A stretch of DNA of 64,000 bases from Nitrospirota bacterium (GTDB lineage: Bacteria; Nitrospirota; UBA9217). Below, one piece after another: positions 11,163-20,539 of this stretch. The translations under genes were made by a program, and so were the position numbers. Position 1 is the stretch's first letter. The number at the start of each line of letters is the position of its first letter. Under the pieces are notes generated by a model. The model was not told the origin of the DNA, did no database searches, and saw nothing but the letters and a program-made list of their open reading frames with translations. The stretch covers positions 96,001 through 160,000 of the forward strand of contig CAWJQQ010000005.1 of NCBI GenBank assembly GCA_963845065.1. The letters run 5' to 3'.

Positions 11163-11435
11163 TTATCTGTCTGTCATTCTCCTCGCTAAGGGCGGAGAGT
11201 CATCGCAAAGAAATTTCGCTGACTGTATGCTCTGGAAATCCCCGCATCTTCTCCAAGGTGAAATGAACAAGTCATGGAGGCTACAGATACCGGACTCTCC
11301 CCACACCGACCCGTAGGCGGAACTTAGGGAATTCAGCCCGGGGAAGACACTCTCAATCATCGCAGAGCGGTTGTCAAAATATTTGCAACATATGCATTTG
11401 TCTTGCATGTGTTTCTCCTGCGTTTTTGCCCCCAT
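11163..11435 (-). CDS. Small Cys-rich hypothetical protein (CxxC...C...C)
   Basis: CICCKYF...FPGLNSLSSAYGSV..ESGICSLHD....CGDF; directly downstream of the YeiH-type gene. Confidence 0.6.
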   Translation of the reverse strand: MGAKTQEKHMQDKCICCKYFDNRSAMIESVFPGLNSLSSAYGSVWGESGICSLHDLFISPWRRCGDFQSIQSAKFLCDDSPPLARRMTDR

Positions 11436-11466
11436 TAGGCCAACGCACGATTGTCAGGCAGACATC

Positions 11467-12858
11467 CTACTTGCCCAGTTTCATCCAATAATCACCGAAT
11501 ACATAGACGGAAAGGAGAAAACCGAGCGTCACATTTACTAGGACCCCGATGGTGAATGCGCCGAACGGCTTCCATCCGGTGGACTTGAGATCCTTGAAGC
11601 GAGTAGTAAGCCCTATGCTCAGGAAGCAGAAAATAAACGCCCATGTGCGAAGCCCCGCGATGGGTCCGAAGACCCCAGGCTTAAAGACTTTACTGAAGTC
11701 AGCCAGCGAATAAGTGGTTGCTATTACGGTCATTATTAGCGATGCTAAGAAAAATCCCAGGACAAATTTCGGGAACCGCCACCATATCTCCATGGCGCTC
11801 GGCCTCACACCACATTCCTCTTTCTCCCATTTCAAACAGGCAATCAGAGCAAAGACAAACGACCAGATTCCTATCCAGATATCCCGGCCGATAACCTTCA
11901 TTAACGTAAAGCCCTGAATTGCCGCGTCCTCGTTGCCAGCCATTTTCCCGTAAGTGCTGGCTGCGGCAAAACCTGCCGCATCTGCAAACTCGGATGTCCC
12001 CACCCATGCTCCTGCTATCCCTGGATGAAGATTAAGTTGCTTTGACACAAACGGGATAAAGAAAACCATGACTAAGGCCCAAACGACCACGAGCGTGATT
12101 GCGGTGTATAGATACTCTTTTTTGGCGCCTACCGCGCTTGCGATGGCCATAGAGCCGGACACGCCGCATACTGCGCCTCCTGTACCGATAACAGCCCCGA
12201 GCCGCTTATCGAGTTTGAAAACCTTTGTCGCTACAAAGTAAATGGTCAGGCATGTAGTAAGAGATATTACAGTTGCCTGAAAGAGGGCAATCGGTCCCGC
12301 TGACACTAAAAGGTTAATAGGAAATGTGGCGCCGAGAAGAACAATGCCCGTCTTGATGTAGTATTCCACCCTAAAACCGGAATCCATCCATTTGGGAAAG
12401 GGCATTACGTTCGCTATTATAAGCCCTATCAATAATGCCGTAATTGGCGGCTCCAGCATCCATGGGCCGGAATCTTTCCATCCGGCAATCACAAAAGCCA
12501 ATATTGACAGCAGATAGAGAATGACGAACGAGGGGAAAAACTCCGATGTCTTTATCCCCATGATACGCGTCGTAATGCTGAATATGACCGCCCAGAAGAG
12601 AAATTGAAGGCCGTATAAACCTATGTTATTTGAGAAGTGATCAACAAGCTTGCCGAGAGAAGCAGAGTCCCATTTCAATCCGCCGGGATTGATAGAAAGA
12701 GATTTTGCAAATGTCGAACCGCTCATGAAGGCAATAAGACAAAGCAGCGTAATGCCAAAGCCGACATAGATGGCCCACCAATCCTCTTTTAAATACAACT
12801 CCTTCCAGCCCATCTCATTAGGTTTTGAAGTGACTGTTGATGAATTTTCTCCAGCCAT
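11467..12858 (-). CDS. YeiH/UPF0324 (putative sulfate exporter) family transporter
   Basis: 463 aa polytopic membrane protein with EDWWAI, EYYIKTGIVLLGA, VCGVSG, GAWVGTSEFADAAG, WWRFPKFVLGF. RBS AGGAGG. Confidence 0.88.
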   Translation of the reverse strand: MAGENSSTVTSKPNEMGWKELYLKEDWWAIYVGFGITLLCLIAFMSGSTFAKSLSINPGGLKWDSASLGKLVDHFSNNIGLYGLQFLFWAVIFSITTRIMGIKTSEFFPSFVILYLLSILAFVIAGWKDSGPWMLEPPITALLIGLIIANVMPFPKWMDSGFRVEYYIKTGIVLLGATFPINLLVSAGPIALFQATVISLTTCLTIYFVATKVFKLDKRLGAVIGTGGAVCGVSGSMAIASAVGAKKEYLYTAITLVVVWALVMVFFIPFVSKQLNLHPGIAGAWVGTSEFADAAGFAAASTYGKMAGNEDAAIQGFTLMKVIGRDIWIGIWSFVFALIACLKWEKEECGVRPSAMEIWWRFPKFVLGFFLASLIMTVIATTYSLADFSKVFKPGVFGPIAGLRTWAFIFCFLSIGLTTRFKDLKSTGWKPFGAFTIGVLVNVTLGFLLSVYVFGDYWMKLGK

Positions 12859-12959
12859 GGTCGTCCTCCTTTATATTAAATACCCCTTTATGGGAAATAG
12901 CTTAGCATTTTTTTGCCATAAGCACAAGGTCTTGTTTCCTTTTTTATATTGTTTAAACC

Positions 12960-13090
12960 CTTTCGGAAATCGCCGCCGCTTATTCCATACGTGCGCATCA
13001 AATACTGGAGAGACTGTCTTTCGATATCTGCCTTTTTCGCCGCCTGGGAGATATTGCACTCCGAATTCTTTAACAGATGGGAGAATACCG
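12960..13090 (-). pseudogene. C-terminal Fis-type HTH of a sigma54-dependent activator, truncated by IS1595
   Basis: Minus frame reads FSHLLKNSECNISQAAKKADIERQSLQYLMRTYGI. Confidence 0.6.
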
Positions 13091-13094
13091 AATA

Positions 13095-14013
13095 TTAAAA
13101 TTTTTGGTAATTATCCCCTGAGAGGTACTGAAATAACAGTTTAGAAAGCACGAGTTTTATAAAATCTGGATGAGCTCGTTCATTGAATTTAAACTCTGAC
13201 TCTGCCAAGTAATCGGGCAATTGTTCGGGAGAGATTTTGTGATATCGTGCATAAATCTTGTGCTTTGATAATCGCCAGTAGCCTTCAATAGAGTTAGTAT
13301 GGTTCCCTTTGCTAGATACAAACACTTTATCATGGTAAACCAATTTATGAGAATACCCGCTATTATCAAGGCCACGGTAGCCGTGACACTTATCGATGTA
13401 GATCGTGCTGCCCGCTACTACATGCTCTTTAATAAGAGCCTGAAGTGTGGCACTCTTAACATTCGGAATGGCAATTGTTCTCACAGATCCGTTACGCTGA
13501 ATAAGTCCGATTACAGGAGTTTTGCCAGCCGCACCTCTACCGCGTTTCCCTTTTTGTCTACCACCAAAATACGTTTCATCGACCTCAATATGCCCAGACA
13601 TCAGGTCGGTTAGAGAGTCACGTTTGCTGGCCTTACTTATCTTCGGAAGCATATGCCAGGCAGCCTTATAGGCCACCTGGGTTTCATTCTTCAGATGATT
13701 TGCAGAGATACCAATTTTAAAGAGGCAATCGCACATATCCACTTAGAGATGGGCGTCCGCGTCTTTTCAAAGATAGTGCCAGAAGTCTCGGTAAACGTAT
13801 ATTTACAACTTCTACCCTTGTATTTAAAGCCGTTTTTCTTTCCAAGTTTCCAGATAGCTTGGAGGCCGCAACGAGGACACCTAATGCCATATGGCCAACG
13901 AATTTCATGAAGAAGCTTGCGACACTCGCTTTCGTCAGCAATATAGAACTGATAATTGTTAAGCCCCCCAATAGTATCACATCTTCTTTCTTGTTCTTAT
14001 CTTGTGTCATCAT
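13095..14013 (-). mobile_element. IS1595-family (ISXO2-like) transposase, frameshifted
   Basis: Zn-ribbon RWPYGIRCPRCG...TSGTIFEKTRTPISKW in one frame; EVDETYFGG..KGKRGRGAAGK, HTNSIEGYW, YLAESEFKFN in another. A GGTAATTATCCCC end-like motif lies at 13106. Confidence 0.8.
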
Positions 14014-14388
14014 GGTTGACAGTTAAAAAAGTGGCCTGCCTCTTGTAAACGACAGAGACAAAAAGGGGGAAGGTGCCCCTTATATGATTATCAGGCCATG
14101 AAGAATTTTATCACAAGTTTTGGTGCGCGCCGAGGAGTAGTCCGCTCACTTCAATAACAATCCAGTTTTTGAAAGAAGACAATCTAAGTATTTCGACAGA
14201 TAGGATAGAGTTGCAGTGTATGTGGAGAGTATTTCTTTCATGCCTGAGCCTACAACAACAGTAAATGTCCGTGATGCTCCGTGGCCCTGCCCTGCAAGTA
14301 CAAAAGAAGCCAGAAGGGATAATCCGAGTCCCACTCCGGTCAGATAAGAAGACCAGAAGCCTGTTCTTTACATAATTACACCTTTCTG

Positions 14389-14817
14389 TTATTGAATTTG
14401 TACCACTGCCTGTTTCGAGCTATGCATCAGGGTCTTCAGTGTGTCGATACAGACAGGCTTCTCAAGATACGCAAGAGCGCCCATATTCATTGCATCAACG
14501 CTGGTTTTTGCATCAGGACAGCCCGTTGCCATGATAACCGCCACGGAAGGGCAAATATCTTTGATTGTTTTGAGAAGGTCCAGACCATTTAGATCGGGTA
14601 GGTGGATATCCAAAATGACGATGTCCGGCTTCTGCTCACTGAACAGGCGGAGGGCATCTTCTCCGCATTCCGCGGTGACTGCCGAATACCCCCAAAATTC
14701 TATTAATTTTTGCATCGAATATCTAATAAGATGCTCGTCGTCGACAATCAGGACCTTCTTCCCTATCCCGCTGTACGAGCCTATACCCAACATAGAATCC
14801 ATAAGGAACTCCTTCAA
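14389..14817 (-). CDS. Stand-alone response regulator receiver protein
   Basis: VLIVDDE, DIVILDIHLPDLNGL, VIMATG, YLEKP. Start uncertain. Confidence 0.8.
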   Translation of the reverse strand: MKEFLMDSMLGIGSYSGIGKKVLIVDDEHLIRYSMQKLIEFWGYSAVTAECGEDALRLFSEQKPDIVILDIHLPDLNGLDLLKTIKDICPSVAVIMATGCPDAKTSVDAMNMGALAYLEKPVCIDTLKTLMHSSKQAVVQIQ

Positions 14818-15538
14818 TGAAATAAAAAGATTATCGATACCATTCGTTATGCGGGCGAATGACAGAAACAGCTCGCATTTAAAATAGATACAATAGAGTC
14901 GGTTACAATATCATGAGCCGACTTATTTTCATTACAACGCTTACACAAAGAAAGAAGATTTTCCCGGTCCACTACTTTGTAAGGATTATTTTGTTGTTTC
15001 CTTGGTTTTAAAATGCATCCATCCCACTCGTACAATGAATGATACAGATCTTCGATCAAAAAGGGTTTACTCAGCACTCCCTGAAGCCGTGCCTATCTAT
15101 GCGGTCTTTTCCGGGTCGAGTTTAACATCAGGCCACGGCCATTACTCCGTGGTTTCGCCCATGGCGTCCTATTTTGACGGCAATCCGACGAATCAGCAAA
15201 TGCAACGCCTGCTCCGGAAGGTCCCTAGCATGGCCTAAAGGTCTCTTTGTGTCACTTATTCGTTCATTTTTCGTTCTTTTCCAATTACAGACCTGGCCCC
15301 GCTTACTTCCGCCGCAGTTCAAATGCAACACCTTATTGACCTCTTTGGCAGTCTCGTTAACCTCTACAAAATTAAAAAAATGAGCATGCCATATCATAGG
15401 GCTAATTAATCAGGAATTGAAAAGCATACAGATTCGCAGTTGCTAAATATCTAAAAAACGTAAGCCATAAGGCAAAAAAAAGAGACTTTTCATTTACGAT
15501 ATAAGTCTCCAGTTAAGCTACTACTCATGTTCAGATTT

Positions 15539-16525
15539 CTATCTTTTCGCAGATACATCTACAGGCGCCTTGATGACGGCGACCGATGACACCGGTGATA
15601 CCAACCGTAAGCCAATCCACGTCCGCCGAACCCAGGGCGCGTACCGAATGCGGAGTGATGTTTCAATGACCTTGGGCTTGTCTATCCAAGATCCGCCGCG
15701 CAGCGTGCGGTATCGCCCGTACGAAGGCCCGTCTACAATGCCTGGCGGATAGTTAGAAGTATTGTTGCTGTACCAGTCGGCAGTCCATTCCCACAAGCTT
15801 CCGGTCATCCCATATATCCCCAAGCCATTCGGATGCATTTTTGACATCGGCTGGGGTCCCCGGGAGTCATTGGCAAACGCTACCGAGTCGATATAATCCG
15901 CCGCTTTCACTGCTCCGGCGTCTGTGCTTTTTTTATCTCCACTCTGGGCTGCGTATTCCCACTCTGCATCGGTCGGTAAACGATAGCTTTGTCCGCTTTT
16001 CTGATCCAGCGCTTGGATAAATTTCTGGGCATCATGCCAACTGACGTTTTCCACTGGGCAGTCGTCTCCGCAGGCGATGAAGCCAGCCGGATTGCTTCCC
16101 ATTATCGCACGCCACTGTGACTGAGTTACTTCAAATACGCCCATGTAATAGTCATCGACACAAACATTGTTCATTGATGGTTTAATGGCCACACTTCCAT
16201 CAACGCCGGGCGTGCCACTCTGAGCATAGCATCCACCTTTAACCAAAATGAATTTCATGCCTGTCGCCGGGTCGAAGTAGGCATTATCACCGCTCCCATT
16301 ATCACCGCCTCGGCTTGCCAAACTATCGTTTGGTTGTACTTTAGAGACCTCGGCCCCCCCACTGCTACTAATGGGCAGGGAAACATGACCCGGTGGAACT
16401 TGAGCTGAGAGTCCCGCTCCGTCTCCTGACGATGACGCCATGGCCAGATCCTGTTCAGCGAAGACGGAATGTGAAAATCCACTCGCGAATAACAACATTA
16501 TAATAATCACAATCACTTTTTTCAT
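15539..16525 (-). CDS. Secreted FGE-sulfatase (SUMF1) fold protein lacking the catalytic cysteines
   Basis: Signal peptide; FEVTQ.QW, CPVENVSW, YRLPTDAEWEYAA, PNGLGIYGMTG..WEW, RGGSW, IGLR. RBS AAGGAGG. Confidence 0.85.
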   Translation of the reverse strand: MKKVIVIIIMLLFASGFSHSVFAEQDLAMASSSGDGAGLSAQVPPGHVSLPISSSGGAEVSKVQPNDSLASRGGDNGSGDNAYFDPATGMKFILVKGGCYAQSGTPGVDGSVAIKPSMNNVCVDDYYMGVFEVTQSQWRAIMGSNPAGFIACGDDCPVENVSWHDAQKFIQALDQKSGQSYRLPTDAEWEYAAQSGDKKSTDAGAVKAADYIDSVAFANDSRGPQPMSKMHPNGLGIYGMTGSLWEWTADWYSNNTSNYPPGIVDGPSYGRYRTLRGGSWIDKPKVIETSLRIRYAPWVRRTWIGLRLVSPVSSVAVIKAPVDVSAKR

Positions 16526-16629
16526 GGCGACCTCCTTCATATCGAGTGCAACTGCCGCATATTTTTATCGTGACTATAAAGACACTTTTGTATATGTATA
16601 ATATCGCAATATTAAATGAAATCTACGGT

Positions 16630-16685
16630 TCTGCGACGAAACGCTCGATTTATGGTATGAAATACGACAGTATGTGACGAGATAC
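16630..16685 (-). promoter_or_regulatory. Three imperfect direct repeats at about 21 bp period, candidate LytTR binding sites for the FGE gene
   Basis: TCTGCGACGAAACGC (16630), TATGGTATGAAATAC (16651), TATGTGACGAGATAC (16671). A minus-strand TATTAT lies at 16603-16598. Confidence 0.5.
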
Positions 16686-16768
16686 AGGAAGGCGCTGAAA
16701 TGGATGATCAGTATTCGAAAGAAAACTGGAAAACCAATCGACAGCTTTGGGAAGATTGGACGAGAATG

Positions 16769-17524
16769 TCAAATTTGATTAAACAGATGAGCAAACTGTC
16801 GACTCACCGTAAGCACTTCTGAAGAATCGACGAGACGCAGCACGTAACGTTGCTGTTGTACCTTTTTAACGGACTGGACCTTGGCTATGTTCACAATGGT
16901 GGAACGGTGAATTTGCCAAAACTTTTCTGGATTGAGTTGTTTCAAAAGGGCACTTATGGGGGTACGCATCAGGAATTCACCGTCTCTGGTAACCACGGCC
17001 GTATATTTAGTCCTCGATTCGATGAACAGAATGGTATCCACCGAGATCAGACGAATCTCCTTCCCGGATGCAGCACGGAGAAAGCTAACATAAGGATCTT
17101 TACGCTCAATAATAAAATTGAGTTTCTTCAGCACAGAATCAAGTCCCGGCATTTGCTCGGCTCCTTCAAGGCGTTTCTTGACGCGCACGATCGTCCGCTC
17201 AAGACGCTTGTCACTCACCGGCTTGAGCACATAATCGACCGCCTCTTCGTCGAAGGACTCTACTGCGTACTTATCAAAAGCGGTAACGAATACCACAAGG
17301 GCAGGATGGGTCATCCGTTTGACGACTTCAATGCCGGACATACCGGGCATTTGAATGTCGAGGAAAACGATATCCGGTTTCTCTTGATTGATCATGGCAA
17401 GTGCATCCGTGCCGCTTGTGGCGAAACCACAAATAGCGAGGCCGGGCCATAGTACGGACAGTCTGTCGGCAAGATGCTCGGCAAGGCGTTTCTCATCGTC
17501 AGCAATTAATGCGCGCGGACTCAT
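16769..17524 (-). CDS. LytTR-family response regulator
   Basis: Receiver (LIADDE, FLDIQMPG, FVTAFD, DYVLKP) plus LytTR domain (FWQIHRSTIVN, VSRQF). Confidence 0.92.
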   Translation of the reverse strand: MSPRALIADDEKRLAEHLADRLSVLWPGLAICGFATSGTDALAMINQEKPDIVFLDIQMPGMSGIEVVKRMTHPALVVFVTAFDKYAVESFDEEAVDYVLKPVSDKRLERTIVRVKKRLEGAEQMPGLDSVLKKLNFIIERKDPYVSFLRAASGKEIRLISVDTILFIESRTKYTAVVTRDGEFLMRTPISALLKQLNPEKFWQIHRSTIVNIAKVQSVKKVQQQRYVLRLVDSSEVLTVSRQFAHLFNQI

Positions 17525-20189
17525 AAGGTACCTCGATCGTTGCGGTAAATCCACATGGAGTGTTCTCTGAAAGTATCAGGCGGCCTTTGCTTCCGTACAG
17601 CGCGTCGAGACGCTCGCGCACGTTAGTGAGTCCGACCCCGTCGGCGGTTGCATTCTCCGAAAACCCCTTTCCAGTGTCGCTTACCTTGAGGCTGATGACG
17701 TCGGCCGTTCGTTCTGCACTAATGGTTATGTTGCCCCCCTTCGCGCTCGGTTCAATGCCATGTTTTACTGCATTTTCAACGAGCGGCTGGAGGAGAAGGG
17801 GTGGCAAAGGGAGGGTGAGTAGTTCTTCGGGAACGTTGATCGTGAACCGCAAACGCTTTCCCATACGCATGCCGTAAATGCTTAAGAAATCCCTTAGCAG
17901 ATCCATCTCCTGGCCCAGCGTGGACGTTCCCTGCCGCGTACGCAGTAGGGATACTCGCAAAGTCTCGGTGAGGTACTGCAGCATCTTTGTTGCGTTACCC
18001 GGTTCTCTGGGTATAAGAGTAATGATATGGGCCAGCGTATTGAACAAAAAATGAGGTTCAATCTGGGCTTGAAGCATTCTAAGCTGTGTTTCAACAACCT
18101 GCCGCTCCGCAGATATACGCCTTAGTTCCTGCTCTTTTAGCCGCGCTTCCTCAGCTTGTTTGTGTAGCGTAATGTCTTCCGCAAGATGAATAATCTGTAT
18201 AATCCTACCTTCATCGTCCTTGACGGGAAAGGTCCGAACCTCAATGTGCCGTGCCGCGCCTGTCCCATCCAAGCGAACAAGTTCGCAAACAGCTTGGTTT
18301 CCGGTTCGGAGAGTTTCCATCAGGGCGCATTCGCTACGCTTTAAATCACACTCATGACCAGTGGAGCGGCACACTACCTTCCGCCACGACTTCCCCACGA
18401 CGTCTTCTACCGCTAGAGAGGTCTCATGCAGAAAGGAAGAGTTGCATGCCAGAATCGCATTATTTACGACGTCGATAAGCACGATGGCCGGATCAATACT
18501 GTTCATTACCGTAGTTATAAAATCATTGGAACGCCTCAGCGCTCGTTCTGCCAGCTTCAGTGCCGTTATGTCTATATGGCTCTCAATGACTTGGTTCATC
18601 CGACTCGAATCACCTACAACCTGGTCGATTTGGATAACGTCGATTCGTCTTCCATCAAGCGTACACCTCACTGTCTCCTTTCGGAATGAGGTCTTCCCCT
18701 CGGCAAAGGCTACGAGCCGTTCGCAGCATGCATCCAGACTCTCGATCTGCATCGTTCTATCGAGAGAGGTCAACAGTTCCGTTTTATCTCGTGCCCCGAA
18801 CAATCTCAAAGCCGACTGGTTCACCCTGGTTACCCTAACGTGTGATTCAATCTCTTTCAGCACGTTTTGATTGTTCTTCAGGTAACTTTCGACATCGACC
18901 ACACCCCCTGCTTTCAGCTCTGTCAATGCTGTTATGACCCGGGAATAATCCTCCTCCATGGTGGATACGGGTGCCGTCTCGAACAACTGTTGGTAGCGGG
19001 CGTGGCTTTTGTTCAATTCCACCTCAATCCGTTTGCGCTCGGTGATATCAAGCACAACTCCTATATTGTACCGGGGCTGTTCGCCAGGCAACCACATCGG
19101 TGAGACGGCAATGCTTGCCCATATAATTTCGCCGTTTTTCCTGATGTAACGCTTCTCAATTGAAAAGTCTGGGATTTCACCCAATCGTAGCCGTTGCATT
19201 TTGTCGAGATCTCTCTCGAGATCATCGGGGTGCGTGATATGTTGAAATGTCATCCCCATTATTTCGTCTTCACTATATCCGACGATTTCGCAAAAGCGCC
19301 GGTTAATTTTTACAAACCTACCGGTGGCCGTCTCGATCTGGGCCACTCCTGCCGCTGCCTGCTCAAACAAGATACGGAACTTCATTTCGCTTGCCCGCAG
19401 CGCTTCTTCAGCACGTCTGCGCTCCATGATCTCCTTTTCCAGTTTTGCATAGCTGTCTTTGAGGGACAGACTCATTTTGTTAAAATGAGCGGCCAATTCG
19501 CCGAATTCGGTTTTGTCCTGGTAGTCGATCGTATGCCCCAGATCGCCTCCTTCCAGCATATGGGTCGCTTTGACCAGAGTTTCAATGGGGTGGGCAATGG
19601 AGGAGGCGACTCTTATGGCCCCGATAATGCCGAAAAAGAACATGGTAATCACGGTAGCAGCAACGGTCATCCACACCCGTTTAATCTGCTCCATAGTATG
19701 CCGTATTTTAGCTTCAAGTGTCCCGCTCGCCTTTAACGACATGCCCTCTGTCTTGATTAAGAGGCTCTTTCCGATGGCTGCGGCATTAAATTTTAGTTTG
19801 TTACTCTGCTTCGTGTTAAGCGATGCAGTGATATAATTGCTCAAAGCATTCTTGTAGTCGATGATCATCGACTGCATGCCTTCGATCTGCCGCTCGATTT
19901 CCGGAGAATGATGGCAACTTGAGCACATCCTGGCCGTCTGATCCAATTGGCCAACATTGTCCATCATGCGATCTATGTTTCGGCCAAGGCTGGTGTGAAC
20001 GGTATAAATGTCTGACTGCGCCGTCTGGATGGATATTATCAGGTACTGCCTCATATCTTCAACCTGATGCATAGTGATGAGATCGGTCAGCGCTTTGGTT
20101 GTGTTTCGGATATATATTGTGGCATAGCTCGTACCCAAGGTAAAAAATACGAGGACGATAATTAGAGATAGGTATATTCGTCGCTTCAT
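17499..20189 (-). CDS. Membrane sensor kinase: periplasmic CxxCH domain, HAMP, 3 PAS, LytS-type kinase core
   Basis: TM...CSSCHH...TM, HAMP (EFGELAAHFNKM), PAS (ITHPDD), LQAQIEPHFLFNTL, LQPLVENAVKHG, GVGLTNVRERL. Confidence 0.9.
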   Translation of the reverse strand: MKRRIYLSLIIVLVFFTLGTSYATIYIRNTTKALTDLITMHQVEDMRQYLIISIQTAQSDIYTVHTSLGRNIDRMMDNVGQLDQTARMCSSCHHSPEIERQIEGMQSMIIDYKNALSNYITASLNTKQSNKLKFNAAAIGKSLLIKTEGMSLKASGTLEAKIRHTMEQIKRVWMTVAATVITMFFFGIIGAIRVASSIAHPIETLVKATHMLEGGDLGHTIDYQDKTEFGELAAHFNKMSLSLKDSYAKLEKEIMERRRAEEALRASEMKFRILFEQAAAGVAQIETATGRFVKINRRFCEIVGYSEDEIMGMTFQHITHPDDLERDLDKMQRLRLGEIPDFSIEKRYIRKNGEIIWASIAVSPMWLPGEQPRYNIGVVLDITERKRIEVELNKSHARYQQLFETAPVSTMEEDYSRVITALTELKAGGVVDVESYLKNNQNVLKEIESHVRVTRVNQSALRLFGARDKTELLTSLDRTMQIESLDACCERLVAFAEGKTSFRKETVRCTLDGRRIDVIQIDQVVGDSSRMNQVIESHIDITALKLAERALRRSNDFITTVMNSIDPAIVLIDVVNNAILACNSSFLHETSLAVEDVVGKSWRKVVCRSTGHECDLKRSECALMETLRTGNQAVCELVRLDGTGAARHIEVRTFPVKDDEGRIIQIIHLAEDITLHKQAEEARLKEQELRRISAERQVVETQLRMLQAQIEPHFLFNTLAHIITLIPREPGNATKMLQYLTETLRVSLLRTRQGTSTLGQEMDLLRDFLSIYGMRMGKRLRFTINVPEELLTLPLPPLLLQPLVENAVKHGIEPSAKGGNITISAERTADVISLKVSDTGKGFSENATADGVGLTNVRERLDALYGSKGRLILSENTPCGFTATIEVPYESARINC

Positions 20190-20393
20190 TAATCAGGCAC
20201 CTCCTGATCGATATCGCGAAACCGTGGCTTCCTTCCATGGCATTGTGATCGAAAATCTATTTGTTTTGTAAAATGCATATATTATATCAATGCCTGCTTT
20301 CTTTGCCATCTGAAAACAGGTTCATTGTTCTCGATCGTCTTCTCAATGAATCGGAGATCGTCGAACTACTTGAGGACACACGTTCTTTCTGCA

Positions 20394-20492
20394 TCAGCGT
20401 GCGGATAAGAGAGCCAACGGCAATCTTACATGTCCGAGACCACTCACTCCGACAACGGCAGTCCTGTCGGTTATCTTCCTCATCAGATCCAT
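20394..20492 (-). pseudogene. N-terminal relic of a nucleotide-sugar (UDP-glucose/GDP-mannose family) dehydrogenase
   Basis: RBS GGGAG, then MDLMRKITDRTAVVGVSGLGHVRLPLALLSAR*, resembling VGVIGLGYVGLPLA. Confidence 0.55.
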
Positions 20493-20539
20493 GTCTGAAC
20501 TCCCTTTCTTTGATGACGTAATGAATGTCAGCGATCACG

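Noticed and set aside
14121..14140. TGGTGCGCGCCGAGGAG as a tRNA 3'-end att remnant
   Set aside because: No T-loop motif follows and it matches no tRNA in the window.
14847..15077. NLLSLCKRCNENK as an HNH or cytochrome c remnant
   Set aside because: A single short motif without supporting residues; may be chance.
15125..15170. c-di-GMP riboswitch-like stem on the minus strand
   Set aside because: The GACGCAAAGC-type core and second stem are missing.
15380..15396. sigma54 promoter TGGCATG on the minus strand
   Set aside because: No GC at the -12 position.
15539..15720. FGE/CLec C-terminus as a diversity-generating retroelement target
   Set aside because: No reverse transcriptase and no AAC-rich template repeat visible in the window; a remote DGR cannot be excluded.
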